Below are positions 15,334 to 31,072 of a stretch of 64,000 nt of DNA, piece after piece. This stretch comes from the human T2T-CHM13v2.0 reference genome, Homo sapiens. A program made the position numbers and the translations under genes. Position 1 is the stretch's first letter, and the number at the start of each line of letters is the position of its first letter. The DNA lies in NCBI RefSeq assembly GCF_009914755.1, contig NC_060933.1. One strand, 5' to 3'. The notes beneath the pieces were generated by a model. The model did no database searches, was not told the DNA's origin, and worked only from the letters and a program-made list of their open reading frames with translations.

Positions 15334-16038
15334 TTAAAATTATACTTTAAGTTCTGGGATACATGTGCAGAGTATGCAGGTTTATTACATAGGTATACAC
15401 GTGCCATGGTGGTTTGCTGCACCCATCAACCCATCATCTACATTAAGTATTTCTCCTAATGCTATCCCTCCCCTAGTCCCCCATACCCCAACAGGCCCCA
15501 GTGTGTGATGTTTCCCTCTCTGTGTCCATGTGTTCTCATTGTTCAACTCCCACTTATGAGTGAGAAAATGCGGTATTTGGTTTTCTGTTTTGTTAGTTTG
15601 CTGAGAATGATGGTTTCCAGCTTCATCCATGTCCCTGCAAAGGACATGAAGTCATCCTTTTTTATGGCTGCATAGTATTCCATGGTGTATATGTGCCACA
15701 TGTTCTTTATCCAGTCTATCATTGATGGGCATTTGGGTTGGTTCCAAGCCTTTGCTATTGTGAACAAACATACAAGTGCGTGTGCCTTTATAGTAGGATG
15801 ATTTATCATCCTCTGGGTATACCCAGTAATGGGATTGCTGGGTCAAATAGTATTTCTGGTTCTAGATCCTTGAGGAATCGCCACACTGTCTTCCACAATG
15901 GTTGAACTAATTTACATTTCCACCAGCAGTGTAAGAGCATTCCTGTTTCTCCACATCCTCTCCAGCATCTCTTGTTTCCCGACTTTTTAATGATCACCAT
16001 TCTAACTGGCGTGAGATGGTATCTCATTGTAGTTTTGA
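15334..16038 (-). mobile_element. Older L1PA 3' end, 5'-truncated
   Basis: TSD cttatgctccttttt at 15319-15333 and 16039-16053; ORF2 C-terminal peptide in ORF 15806..16027. Confidence 0.93.
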
Positions 16039-17665
16039 CTTATGCTCCTTTTTAAAAATGACTTTCTTGCCTTTGATTTGATACAGTTTTTTTTTTCATT
16101 TCTCTTCTGACCTCTAATTTTTATTTTTTATATTTATTTTTTATTCTTTAAATAATTATTCTTGAAATTATAACATACATCATTTATTTGACAAAGTCTA
16201 AAGTTCATCACTAGCTGTATCCTCCTACAATACAAGGACCTTGAAATGTTTAACTATGGTATCTTTGATGATCCAATATCGTTTTGTTGTTGAGAATGTT
16301 AGTTCTACCTTATTTTAGCTCATTCAGATATTGCTATGATTGCTTTAGATAATAAATGTTTATTTAATTCCTTGTATATATCTGTTAGTGTCTTTCTTCA
16401 TCACTGCTTATTTTGTTTTATACCTTGCTTTTGAGTACATTTTCTTCTTAAAATATATATTTTAATGATTTTTTCATCTAGGATCTATGAGTAGTAAACT
16501 TTGGCATGTGAAAGATATTAATTATTTTCCTTCTGGCTTTGTTTGTTGATATGAGAACTCTGCTGTTATTCCAGAGATCTTTAGTTGTTAGAAGTGTTTT
16601 CTTCTCAATCTGGTTCATTTAAAGATTGTCTCTATCTTTGTTGTCCTGAAGTTTCACTAAGACATTTTTAAGTGTGAACAGAGTTTTATTTACTCTTCTT
16701 GCAATTTTTTGATACTCTTTAAGGCTATTAATTCATATCTTCATCCGTTCTCAAATCCTGAGCTATTAATATTTTGACTGTTATCTCCCATCTGTACTCC
16801 TGCCTTCAGTCTTTCAATTCTCTCCTTGAATAATTTCTATTAAATGCTTTCTATACTTCTTATTGCAACATGTTTTGTATACCTCTACTGTTTTCCTTCC
16901 TTTACCTCCTTCTGCTCTCTTCCATTTTATCAATTTCCATTAGCTTTTTCTACTTGCTATTGAACCCATCCATTGAGTTTTAAATTTCTGGTATTATGTT
17001 ATTATTATTAATTTTCATTGCTTTATTTCATATTTTTAGATATATTATTTGATTATTTTTGTCTATTTTCTGTTTCATAAACCCCTGTTCTTTTTCAATA
17101 TACGTTTATCACTTCTTTATCTTTTTAAAAACATTTTAAAAACTCTAATGGTGAAAGTAATTTTGATTATTCTCTTATCTCTATTTTATTGTTTTACATT
17201 ATCCCATTTTGGGCAGTGGGATATTTAGACTGTCATTCATGGCTTTGAACTTATTTATATACTTATTGTCTCCATGCTTGACTCGAGAATTATTTTCTGT
17301 GGTGGCTTTTCTCCCATACATTTTCTTAGTTGTGGAAGCCTCCCTTTAGGGATGATTGTGTCTTCCTGAACCCTCCAGTATACTCTGGCCATATGTCCAG
17401 TTTTTGTATTATTTTTGATTTTTCATGTTTCTGTAAATTGTATGGCTCAGTTTTGAACCTATTGATTTAGGCTTGGGATTCTGATATCATGTGGTTGACT
17501 CTGTCCTGTCCCCATACTAGGGCTGGAGAACTATTTTAATGAAACTCTAACCAGATAAGTTCAGATATTCAGGTTTTCATTCAGCAGATTGTTTTCTCCC
17601 AGTTTCCTGTAGTTAGCTCATTTTTATCTGTCAACCAGGTAGGGCCATGGGTCTAAATGTCCATC

Positions 17666-18048
17666 TGATATGGTTTGGATTTGTGTCCCTGCCCAAATTT
17701 CATGTCGCATTGTAATCCCCAGTGGTGAAGGAGGGGTCTGGTGAGAGGTGACTTGATCATGTGGGCGGACTTCCCCCTTGCTGTTCCATTGATAGTGAGT
17801 TCTCATAAGATCCGGTTGTTTAAAAGTGTGTAGCACCTCCCTCTGTGCTCTTTTCCTCCTGTTCCAGCCATGTAAGACCTGCCTGCTTCCTGTTCCCCTT
17901 CTGCCATGAATGTTAAGTTTCATGAGGCCTCCTCAGCCACGCTTCCTGTACAGTCTGTGGAACTGTGAGTCAATTGAACCTCTTTTCTTTATAAATTACG
18001 TAGTCTCAGGAGGTTTTTTTTATAGCAAAGTGAGAATAGACTAATACA
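17666..18048 (+). mobile_element. MSTA/MSTB MaLR solo LTR
   Basis: tgatatggtttgg...gactaataca; 5-bp TSD ccatc. Confidence 0.9.
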
Positions 18049-18265
18049 CCATCCCTACTCAGGTCTCACATTCTGAGGTCCCCATGGGCAGTATTTGGTT
18101 CTGGTCAAATACTCACAATGGTAGCTCAATTCTGTTTTACTGGAAAGTCTTTTTGCCTTTATTTGGCATCTAGGAATTTACCATTCTTGTTTTCAGTGTT
18201 ACGTATTAACATTTTTCATTACTATTTTGCCTAGAATATCTCTGTGTTAGGATGTGGTTGAGCAT

Positions 18266-18545
18266 GGCGGGTGTTGTGGCTCATGCCTGTGATCCCAGCA
18301 TTTTGGGAGGCCAAGATGAGTAGGTTGCTTGAGTCCAGGAGTTCAGCCTATGCAACTTGGTAAAACCCTGATTGTACAAAAAATTAGCTGGGCATGGTGG
18401 CACACACCTGTAGTCCCAGCTACTTAGGAGGCTGAGGTGGGAGGATCACCTGAGCCTGGGAGGTAGGGGCTGCAGTAAGCCACGATTGTGCCACTGCACT
18501 TCAGCTTGGGTGACAGAGTGAGACTTTGTCTAAAAACAACCAAGA
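18266..18545 (+). mobile_element. AluJ
   Basis: TSD gtggttgagca at 18254 and 18547. Confidence 0.9.
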
Positions 18546-18714
18546 AGTGGTTGAGCAATTTAATACATAATTTTTAAAATTATATAGTCTGTATTTTAAG
18601 TGTTTAGCATGTTTATTGAGATAAAGTTAACAGAAATAACTTACTTAAAACATTTGATTTTCCAGGTCCTCAGTAAATTCAATTGTAGTTTTTAGGATTT
18701 GGGCATATTATTAC

Positions 18715-19033
18715 TATTTTTTATTTTATGGAGACAAGGGCCTAATCTTTTGCCCAGGCTGTAGTGCAGCAGTGAAATTATAGCTTACTGTAACCTTGAA
18801 GTCTTGGGCTGAATTAATCCTGCTGCCTCAGCATCCCAAGTAGCTAGGACTACAGGTGCGCGTAACCATGATGGGCTAGTTGTTATTGTTGTTGTTGTTA
18901 TTATTATTATTATTGTAAAGACAGGGTCTCTCTGTGTTGCCCAGGCTGGTCTTGAACTTCTAGTCTCAAGTGATCCCCTTGCCTTGGCTTTCTAAAATGC
19001 TGGAATTGTAGGTATGAGCCACCATGCCCAGCC
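18715..19033 (-). mobile_element. AluJ with (TTG)n(TTA)n linker
   Basis: Diverged reverse Alu. Confidence 0.88.
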
Positions 19034-19206
19034 TGTGAATATTATTGATTTATTTTTGCTTTCATTTTACTCTTCTCCATTTTATATACATTAAAATATC
19101 TTTACTGACTTTGATATATTATTTAGAAATATATTTAAATGTATATGTTTGATTTTTTTTAATAAAACAATATGGTTTTAAGTAAATGTTTATTGCTTTT
19201 TCATAG

Positions 19207-19307
19207 GATGAATCTTGAAGAAGAATTAGATGAACTTAAAGTACATATATCTATTGATAAGGCAGCAATACAAGAATTGAATAGATGTGTGGCAGAGAGA
19301 AGAGAAG
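19207..19307 (+). CDS. CNTLN: Centlein internal coding exon A (101 nt, phase 2 to 1): (K)MNLEEELDELKVHISIDKAAIQELNRCVAERRE(E)
   Basis: Acceptor ...gctttttcatag|G at 19206/7, donor AAG|gtaaat at 19307/8; open frame joins in phase to the next exon; peptide recognised as centlein. Confidence 0.93.
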
Positions 19308-21610
19308 GTAAATTTTCAGAAAATAAATACTTAACAGAGGAATTTTAAAATTGTGTAATTCTTGATGTTTTAGTTTCAATTTCTTTTAAGAATCTTACCC
19401 TTTTTGTTTCTTTTCCAACACTTTATTCATTGATAACTCACTAACATTTTCATCCTGAGAAAATTAAATAAATAGAACATCTAAAAGTCAGCTTTGTAAT
19501 TTATTAAAAAATCTAGGGGAGAAGGTACAGCAAGATGGCCAAATAGAAGACTTTACGCTGTGGGAACTCCAAATTTAAGAACTACCTACACACACAAAAA
19601 AAACACCTACATAAGAATCAGAAATCAGGTGAGCACTCACAGTACCTGGTTTTAACTTCAAATGGCTGAAAGAGGCACTGAAGAGGGTAGGAAAGACAGT
19701 CTTAAATTACCAGTGCCACCCTTCCCCTATCTCCTGGCAGTGGCCATGTGACATGGAGAGAGAATTGTGCACTTAGGGGAGGGAGAATGCAGTGACTGTT
19801 GGACTTTGCATTGAACTCGGTCTTGCCCTGTCATAGCAGAGAGCAAAACCGGGCCAAATGCATCTCATGCCTGCCCACAGAAAGAGCATTTAGACCAGAC
19901 CTGTCCAGAGGACAATAACCCATCCCAGTGGTTGGAACCTGAGTTCTGGCAAGCCTCATCACCACAGGACTTTGGGGCTCTATATAAACTTAAAAAAAAG
20001 ACTGTCTAGGCCACAATGACTTCAACTCCTAGGCAAGCCCTAGTGCAGAGTTGGGCTCAGACCAGTGGACTTGGGTGGCATGTGACCTACTGAGACACCA
20101 GCCAGGGCAGCTCATGGGGTATTTGTGCCACTGCTCTCCCAACCCTTGGCAGCACAGCTCATGGCTCTGAAAGGAACCCCTTCCATCTGCTTGAGGAGGA
20201 GAGAAGAAAGAGTAAATAGGTCTTTGTCTTGCATCTTGGACAGCAGCTCAGCCACAATAGGATAGGGCACTAGTTAGATTTATGAGACCCTTATTCTAGG
20301 CCCTAGCTCCTGGATGACATTTCTAGACACATCCTGGGCTAGAAGCGAACCTGGTGCCTTGAAGGCAAGGATGCAGTCCCGGCAGGATCTATCACCTACT
20401 GACTGAAGAGCCCTTGGGCCCTGAATAACCAGCAGCAATACCCAGATGGTACACTGTGGGTCTTGGCTGAGACTCTGAGATGTGCTGGATTCAGGTGAAA
20501 CCCAGGGCATCCCCAGCTGTGGTGGCTGTGGTGAGAAACCCCTGCATGAGAAAAGCAGAGGGAAAAGTAAAGGGTAATTTGTCTTGCACCTTAGGTACCA
20601 GCTCATCCACAATGAAGTAGAACACCAAGCAGCTTGTGGGGTCATTGATTCCAGGCTTTGGCTCTTAGTTGGCATTTCTAGACCTGCCCTGGGCCAGAGG
20701 GAAACCCATTGCACTGAAAGGTGAGTCCCAGGCCTGGCAGCATTTGTGGCAAGCTGACTGAAGAGCCCTTGGGCTTTAAGGAACATTGACAGTGGCCTGG
20801 TAGTACTCCCTGTAGGACTGTGGTGGTGGTGACCACAGGCAGAGACTCCTTTGCCTGTGGAAAGGGAAGGGAAGAGTGGGAAGGACTGTGTCTGGTGGTT
20901 TGAGTGCCAGCTCAGCTGCAGTGGACTAGAACACCAGGTGGATTTCTAAGGTTTTTTACTCTACTCCCTGGCTCCTAGATGGCATCTCTGGACCCACCCA
21001 GGGCTGGAGGGATCCTGCTACCCTGAAGGGAATGACACAAGTCTGACTGGCTTTACAGTCTGCTCTTTGCAGAGCCCTAGGGCCTTGAGCAAACATAGGT
21101 GGAAGCCAGATAGTGGTTACAGTGGGCCTTGGGTGAGACTCAGGGATATACTGGTGTCAGTTCTGACCCCCAGCATAGTCCCAGTGGTGGTGGCCACAGG
21201 GGTGCATTTGTCACTCCATCCCCAGCTCCAGAAGGCTCAGCAAAGAGAGATAGACTCTGTTTGTTTGGGAGAAGGAAAGAAAACAAGAGTCTCTGCCTGG
21301 TAATCCAGAGAATTCTTCCGGATCTTATCCAAGACTGCCCAGGCAGTAGTTCTAGAAGTCGGCAAGAACCCCAGTCTTACTGGACTTGGGGTGCCCACTA
21401 ATGCAGATATGGACTAGATCACAACACCCAAGTCCTTTCAAATACCGGAAAGTCTTGGGCTGAATCAATCCTACTGCCTTAGCATCTTTGTACCCGTCTT
21501 CTCAAGAAGATTGGGTACAAACAATCCCAGACTGCAAAGACAAAAATAAATATCTAACTTTTGTATTCCCAGACACCAGCAAACATCCATAAGGATCAAG
21601 ACTATCCAAG

Positions 21611-21985
21611 TGATAGGTTACGCTTTGTGTCCCCACCCCAGACTCATCTTGAATTATAATCCCCATAATCTCCACGTGTCAAAAGAGAGACCAGGTGGAG
21701 GTAATTGAATCATGGGGGTGGTTTCTCCCATGCTGCTCTCATGATAGTGAGTGAGTTCTCATGAAATCTGATGGTTTTGTAAGGGGCTTTTTCCCCGTTC
21801 GCTTGGCACTTCTCCTTCCTGCTGCCTTGTGAAGAAGGTGCCTTGCTTCCCCTTCACCTTCCACCATGATTATTAGTTTCCAGAGGCCTCCCCAGCCATG
21901 CTGAGTTGTGAGTCAATTAAATCTCTTTCCTTTATTACTCAGTCTTGAGCAGTTCCTTATAGAAGTATGAAAACAGGATAATATA
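21611..21985 (+). mobile_element. THE1D-like MaLR solo LTR inside the L1
   Basis: THE1 consensus motifs; 5-bp TSD ccaag. Confidence 0.88.
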
Positions 21986-22298
21986 CCAAGAAAACATGAC
22001 TTCATCAAACAAACGAAATGAGGCACCTGGGATCAATACTGCAGAAACAGATATGTAGCCTTTCAGACAGAGAATTCCAAATAACTGTTTTGAGGAAACT
22101 CAAAGAAATTCAAGATAACATGGAGAAGGATTTCAGAATTCTATCAGAGAAATTTAACAAAGTGATTGAAAAAATAAAAAAGAATCAAGCAGAAATTCTG
22201 GAATGAAAAATGCACTGGAGTCCCCTCATAGCAGAATTGATCAAGCAGAAGAAGGAATTAGTGAGCTTGAAGACAGGCTGTTTGAAAATACATAGTCA

Positions 22299-22648
<350 letters not shown>

Positions 22649-25600
22649 TTAATGAAATAGCCTCAAAAGGGAAAATGTAGGAGTTATTGGCCTTAAACAG
22701 GAGTTAGTGAAAAAGACAGGAGTACAAAGTTTATTCAAAGGGAAAATAACAGAGAACTTTTCAAACCTAGCAAAAGATAACAATATTCAACTATGAGAAA
22801 GTTGTAGAACACCAAGCAGGTTTAACCCAAAAAAGACAACCTGAAGGCATTTAACAAACTCCCAAGGGTCAAGGATAAAGAAAGGACCCTAAAAGCAGCA
22901 AGAGAAAAGAAACAAATAACATACAATGGAGCTTCAATATGCTGGCAGCAGACTTTTCAGTGGAAACTTTACAGGCTAGGAGATAGTGGCATGACATACT
23001 TAAAGTGCTGAAGGAAAAAACAACAACAGACTTTTGCCCTGGAATAATATATCCTGCAAAAATATCCTTCAAACATGAAGGAGAAATGCTTTGACAGGCA
23101 AACAAAAGCTGGAGATTTCATCAACACCATACCTATCCTACAAGAAGTCATAAATGGAATACTTAAATCAGAAAAAGGATATTAATGAGTAATAAATCAT
23201 CTGAAGGTACAAAAGTCACTGGCAATAGTAAGTACACAGAATGACATACAATATTGTAATACCGTAACAGTGGTATACAAACTACTCTTAAGTAGAAAGA
23301 CTTAAAGATGAGCCAATCAAAAAATAACTATAAAAAGTTTTCAAGACATAGTATAATAAGATATAAACAACAAAAAGTTAAAAACAGGCTGGACAAAGTT
23401 ATATAATTTTTATCAGTTTTGTTTTTGCTTGTTTATGCAAGCAGTGTTGTTAATCCAGTTAAAATAATGGGTTATAAGATAGTTATATCCCATATATATA
23501 ATGGGTTGCAACATTCATTGTAACCTCAAATCAAAAACCATACAGTGGCTACGCAAAAAATAAAAAGAAAGGAATAAAATTTTCGTTTTATTTTAGGAGA
23601 AAAGGTAAGAGAAAATTACCTTCACTACAAGGAAAACAAGAAAGAATGAAGGAAGGAAAAGAAGACCACAAAATAACCAGGAAACCAACAACAAAATGGT
23701 AGGAGTAAGTTCTTACTTATTGGTAATCACATTGAATGTGAATGGACTAAACTCTGTAATCAAAATACACAGAGTAACTGAAAGGATGTAAAAATCAGAG
23801 CCACTCTCTGTTGTATATAAGAAACGCTTCATCTATAAAGAAACATATAGACTGAAAATAAACAAATGGAAAAAGATACTCCATGCCAGTACAAACCAAA
23901 GAAGAGCAGGAGTAGCTATACTTATATCAGACCAAATAGATTTCAAGCAAAAACTGTAAGAGACAAAGGTCATTATATAATGATAAAGGTGTCAATTTAG
24001 TAAGAGGATATCATAGTTGTAAATATATATTCACCCAACACGCTAGTACCCAGATATATAAAGCAAATATTATTAGAGCTAAAGAGAAATGTAGACCCTA
24101 ATTCAATGATAGCTGGAGGCTTTAGTATCCCACTTTCAGCATTGGACAGATCTTCCAGACAGAAAATCAACAAAGAAACATTGGAATTAATTTGTACTGT
24201 AGACCAAATGGAGCTAATATTTACAGAACATTTCATCCAATGGCTGCAGAATACACATTCTTCTCCCCAGCACATCGATCATTCTTGAGGACAGACTGTG
24301 TGTTAAGCCATAAAACAACTCTTAAAACATTCAAAAAACTTGAAATAATATCAAGCATCTTACCTGACAACAATGGAATAGCACTAGTAATCAATAACAT
24401 GAAAAATTTTGGAAGCTCTGCAGACATATGGAAATTAAACAATGTGCTCCTGAATGACCCGTGTGTCAATGAAGAAATTAAGGAGGAAATTTAAAAATTT
24501 CTTGAAACAAATGATAATGGAAGCACAACATACTAGAACCTATGGGATACAGCAAAAGCAATACTAAGAGGGAAGTTTATAGCTATAAATGCCTACATCA
24601 AAGAAGAAGAAAAATTTCAAATAACTTAACGATGCATCTTGAAGAGCTAGAAAAGCTAGAGCTAATCAAACCCAAAATTAGTAAAAGAAAAGAAGTAGTA
24701 AAGATCAGAGCAGAGATAAATAAAATTAAAATGAATAAAACAATATGAAAAAATCATTAAAACAAAAAATTGGTTTATCAAAAAGCTAACCAAAATTTAC
24801 AAACCTTTAACCAGACTAAGAAAAAGAGAACACAAATAAATATCAGATGTGAAAAATTAGACATTACAACAGATACTGCAGAAATTTAAAGCATTGTTAG
24901 TGGCTACTATCACCAACTATATGCCAAATTCATATCAGCTATATGCCAATAAATTGGAAAATCTAGAAGAAATGGATAAATTCTTATACACATACAACCT
25001 ACTAAGATTATTGAACCATGAAGAAATCCAGAGCCTCAACGGAACTATAATAAGTAAAGACACTGATGCCATAATGCAGAGGCTCCCAGCAAAGAAACAA
25101 CCAGGACCTGGTGACTTCACTGCTGAACTCTACCAGACATTTAAAGAAGAACTAACTCCAATCCTACTCAAGCTATTCCAAAAGGTAGAAGAGGAGGGAA
25201 TACTTTCAAACTCATTCTACAAGGCCAGTATTAGCTTGATACCAAAACCAGACAAAGACACATCAAAAAAAGGAAACTATAGTTCAATATCCCTGATGAA
25301 CATTGATGCAGAAAAAACCTCTGCAAGATACTAGCAAGCTGAATTCAACAACACATTAAAAAATTAGTCATCATGACCAGGTGGGATTTATCCAAGGGTT
25401 GCAAGGATGGTTCAACATTTGGACATTAATCAATGTGATACATATTATCAACAGAATGAAGGACAAAAACCATAGGATCATTTTACTTAGTCCTGAAAAA
25501 GCATTCAGTGAAATTCAACATTCTTTCATGAGAAAATCTCTCAAAAAACTGGTTTTATTGGAACAAACATACATCAGGATAATAAAAGGCATATAGGACA

Positions 25601-27172
25601 GAGCTATTGCTGGTTATCATATTGAATCAGGAAAAACTGAAAGCTTTTCCTTTAAGATTTGGAACATGACCATGATGCCTACTTTCACCACTGTTATTCA
25701 ACATAGTACTGGATGTCCTAGTTAGGGCAGTCACACAACAGAAAGAAAGAAAGGGCATCCAAATTAGGAAGAAGTCAAATTATCTTTATTTGCCAATGAT
25801 AAGATTTTGTATTTGGAAAAACTTAAGAGTCCATAAAAAAACTATTAGAAAGGATAAACAAATTCAGTAAAGTGGAGGATACAAAATCAACATACAAAAA
25901 TCAGTATCATTTCTATATGCCAACAGCAAACAATCTGAAAAAGAAATCAAGAAAGCTAATTCCATTTACAGCAGCTACACCTAAAAGTCAGTACCTAGGA
26001 TTTAACCGGAGAAGTGAAGAATCTTCCTACAATAAAAACTATAGAATATTGATGAAAGAAATTGAAGGAGACACACAAAAAATGGAAAGACATCCCCTTT
26101 TAATGGATTGTTAAATTGTTAACAATATTGTTAAAATGACCATATTACCTAAAGCAATCTACAGATTTAATGCAAGCCCTATAAAAATACCAATGACATT
26201 CTTCACAGAAACAGAAAAAACAATCCTAAAATTTATATAGAATAAAAGAGACCCAGAATAGCCAAAGCTATTGTAAACAAAAAGAACAAAACTAGAGGAA
26301 TCACATTTCTTAAATTAAATTGTACTATAAAGCTACAGTAACTAAAACAGCATGAAAATTGACACATAGACCAATAGAACCTAACAGACAACCCAGAAAT
26401 ATATTCATACCTCCATATAAACTAATTGTTGACAGCGTTGCCAAGACATACATTGGGAAAAGGACAGTCTCTTCAATAAATACTGCTGGGAAAACAAGAT
26501 ATTCATATGCGTAAGAATGAAACTAGTCCCCTATGTCTTGCCACATACAAAAATCAAACACAATGGATTAAACACTTAAATCTCAGACCTCAAACTATGA
26601 AACTACTAAAAGAAAACATTGGGGAAAGTGTCCAAGATGTTGGACTGAGCAAGGATCTTTTGAGTAATATCCTACAAGCACAGGCAACCAAAGCAGAAAT
26701 GGACACATGGGATTACATGAAGCTAAAAAGCTTCTGGACAGCAAGGGAACAATCAACAAATCAAAGAGACAAGCCACAGAGTGGGAGACAATATTTGCAA
26801 ACTACCCATCTAACAGGGGATTAATAACCAGAATATATAAGCAGCTAAAAACTACTCTGTAGGAAAAAATTTAATAATCCAATTAAAAAATGGGCCAAAG
26901 CTGTGAGTAGACGTTTCTCAAAAGAAGACATACCATTTGCAAATAGATATATGAAAATGCTCAACATTATTGATCATCAGAGAATACAAATCAAAACTAA
27001 AATGAAATATCATCTCATCCCAGCCTGAATGGCTCTTATCCACAAGACAGGCAATAACAAATGCTGGGGAAGATGTGGGTAAAAGGGAACTCTCATATAT
27101 TCTTGGAAGGAATGTAAATTAGTACAACTACTATGGAGAACAGTTTGGAATTGACTCAAACAATTAGAAATA

Positions 27173-27470
27173 GGCTGGGTGCAGTGGCTTATACCTATAA
27201 TCCCACACTTTGGGAGGCTGAGGTGGGTGGATCGCTTGAGGTCAGGAGTTTGAGACCAGCCTGGCCAACATGGTGAAACTCCATCTCTCCTAAAAATACA
27301 AAATGAGAGGGGTGTGGTGGCACACACACCTGTAATCCCAGTTACTTGGGAGGCTGAGACAAGAGAATCCCTTGAACCAGGAGTTGGAGGTTGCAGTGAG
27401 CCGAGATTATGCCACTGCACTCCAGCCTGGGTGACAGAAGTGAGACTCCATCTCAGGAAAAAAAAAAAAA
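27173..27470 (+). mobile_element. AluS inside L1 ORF2 end
   Basis: Full Alu with A tail. Confidence 0.93.
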
Positions 27471-29010
27471 GGAAGTAGAGCTGTGATATGATCTAGCTAT
27501 CACACTGCTAGTTATATACCCAAAAGAAAGGAAATCAGTATATTGAAGAGATATCTGCATTCCCATGTTTATTGCAGCATTATTCATAATAGCCAAAATT
27601 TGGAAGCAACCCAAATGTTCATCAACAGACGAATGGATAAAATGAATGTGGTACATACACACAATGGTGTACTATTCAGCCATAAAAGAATTGAAATCTT
27701 GTCATTTGCAACAACATGGATGAAATTGGAGGTCATTGTGTTAAGTGAAATAAGCCAGGTATAGAAAGACAGACTTCACATGTTCTCACTTATTGGTGGG
27801 AGCTAAAAATTAAAACAATTGAACTCATGGAGCTAGAGAGTAGAAGGATGGTCACCAGAGCCTGGGAAGGGTAGTTGGAGGAAGTGGGAATAATTAATGG
27901 ATTACAAAAAAAATAGTTGGAAAGAACAAATAAGACCTGGCGTTTGCTAGCATGACAGGGTGACTATTAAAAAATAATTTAATTGTTGGTTGGTTTGTAA
28001 TGTAAAAGTTAAGTGCTTGAGGTGATGGATGCCCCATTTACCCTGATATGATTATTATGCATTGCCTGTGTATCACATGTCATCTACCCTGTAGATACAT
28101 CTACTGTGTACCCACACACAAAAATTCTAGAGATTATTTTATAAGGATAAATGATACTCATTTTTATTATTCATTGATAAAGTTTTCCTAGTTTTGTTTG
28201 TTTACAGTTTTGTAGGTACTATAGTGTTATGCTTAATATCAATAATTCGTTAATATTTTGGTTAGGCATTACATTTTTTGGGAAATTATTTAGTTCGTAT
28301 CTTTTTTCCTGGAATCAAAATCTTAGAGTTAGAAGGAAATTTGGAGATCTTCAGATCTGCAACCTCCCTGACAGCTAGCTTAAATATGACCAGTAACGGG
28401 GAATGTCTCACTGCTCAAATTGCAAGAGGATTATCTCTTTATTAAAGCCAAGATAACTATATTTCGTATATAACTTCAGTACCTCATTAGAAAAATTAAA
28501 GATTGATATGACAGGATTTTTTGTTGTTTAACCTGCTACATTCTAACCACTGTACTTTTAGGTTTTGACAATTTATACTTAATAATTAGTTTTCATATAC
28601 CCTTCACTTGGCTTTTGTCCCAGTTACTGTTGTTGCTCCAATGCTCGCATTCAGGTTACTGGTGACTTGTTAAGGCCAATATTTGAACCCCTCCATTTAA
28701 CACCTTTAATTTTTATCATATTTCAAGCTTATCTCTTTATCAGCTTCTGAATCACATTGTCTCATTTTATGTCCTACTCTTGCTGTTATCTTCCCGTCTC
28801 TTTCAGTGGAACAGTTTTTCATTTACTTCTTAATAACTAGGGTTTGCTAAGACTTTATCCTTGGTTTACTTTTCAAAATTAATGACTTTATGTTTTTTTG
28901 AAAAATTATACATACTTACATTCGAGCAGTAAGAAAGAAAAAAGAAGAAAGCAAAGAAAAAACTAGTTCACAACATGTTAGAGATAAAAATTTTTAATAT
29001 TATCATATAA

Positions 29011-29344
<334 letters not shown>

Positions 29345-29861
29345 ATAACCATCTCTTAATGGCCAGATACGGAGAAGGCTAGATGGGTAGACTAATTATA
29401 TAAAAAGAGTGTCATATTTTTGAAAAAGAGATTTACATTTATTATATTTATTTGGAGCCAACTAAATGAAGAGAAACAGAAGTAAAGGTAAATGAACTGT
29501 AAACTTTAAATAAATGTTTGCTTCAAAAGAATTAATTTCTTTAAGATTAAAAACAATTACAAAAAGAAATTAACACCTTGCTATGCAAGATGGAAAACCC
29601 AGAATTTTTACAAAACTTTTTTGTAAAAGTTTTTTGTTTCCTCCTCATCTTGAGTTTTGTTCATTAAATTTCTTTTTAAAAATTTTACCAAAGTCTGTAA
29701 CTTTATATATTACAAGAATAATTTCCTCAGCTTTAAAGTCTTGTCTCTCTATATAACGAATTCAGTACTCATCACATTTTTAAAAGCCATGGCTTTTCTA
29801 TTTATGAATTCTTTCTTTTCGTATGTTTCTTGATTAGCCAGATAAAATTCAAAGTATTACT

Positions 29862-30180
29862 AGGCGCGGTGGCTCACGCCTGTAATCCTAGCACTTTGCA
29901 GGCCGACGCAGGTGGATCACCTGAGGTCAGGAGTTTGAGACCAGCCTGGCCAACATGACAAAACTCTCTACTAAAAATACAGAAATTAGCCGGGCGTAGT
30001 GGTGCGTGCCTGTAATCCCAGCTACCTGGTAGGCTGAGACAGGATAATCCCTTGAACACAGTGGGCAGAGGTTGCAGTGAGCCAAGATTGCGTCATTGCA
30101 CTGCAGCCTGGGCGCCACTTCACTCCAGCCTGGGTGAAGGAGCAAGACTCTGTGTCAAAAAAACAAAAAACAAAAAACAA
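29862..30180 (+). mobile_element. AluS with internal 22-bp duplication
   Basis: Alu consensus; duplicated segment 30091-30134. Confidence 0.92.
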
Positions 30181-30699
30181 GCATTTTTTTCAAGAAGGAA
30201 TGAAAGTAGCCATATTTGTAAGAACCTAGATGTTTGAGAATATGATTCAACAGGGATTAAATGGGCTGGGTATAATTTTATTGGGTTACACCCTTTTTTC
30301 CTCAGAACTTTCTAGATGTTACTCATTTATAGAATCAGTGGTTGCTGTGAGGATGTGTTACAGAGAGGTGTCTGAATTCCCCAACCTCCCCTGTATCACC
30401 CCTGCTGTGGATGTCACTTGCCTTTGCTAAGTGGATGCCTGAAAATTTACTTTTTTCAACTTGATATTCAAAAACTTAAATAGAATATGTCAATATAATT
30501 TGTTCTAGATCACATATTCCTGAAATACCTATGCATTTATTGTCAATTAAAATATTACTTTGTTCCAAGGATTTCTCTTTTGCATATATTTTTGCATACT
30601 TTTCTATTCCACTTTTTATACTCTAAATCAAGGAAGTTGTCTTTATGTTAGATTATTTTTTGTCCGGCCTTCATATCTATTTTCTTAACAATTCTTTAA

Positions 30700-31072
<373 letters not shown>

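Noticed and set aside
20280-20786. 168-aa antisense ORF in the L1 5'UTR
   Set aside because: Non-ATG start in moderately GC-rich repeat sequence; no recognisable similarity; likely chance
28905-28930. Minus-strand gtaagt donor motif
   Set aside because: Sits in what looks like an old L1 3'-end fragment, with no convincing partner acceptor
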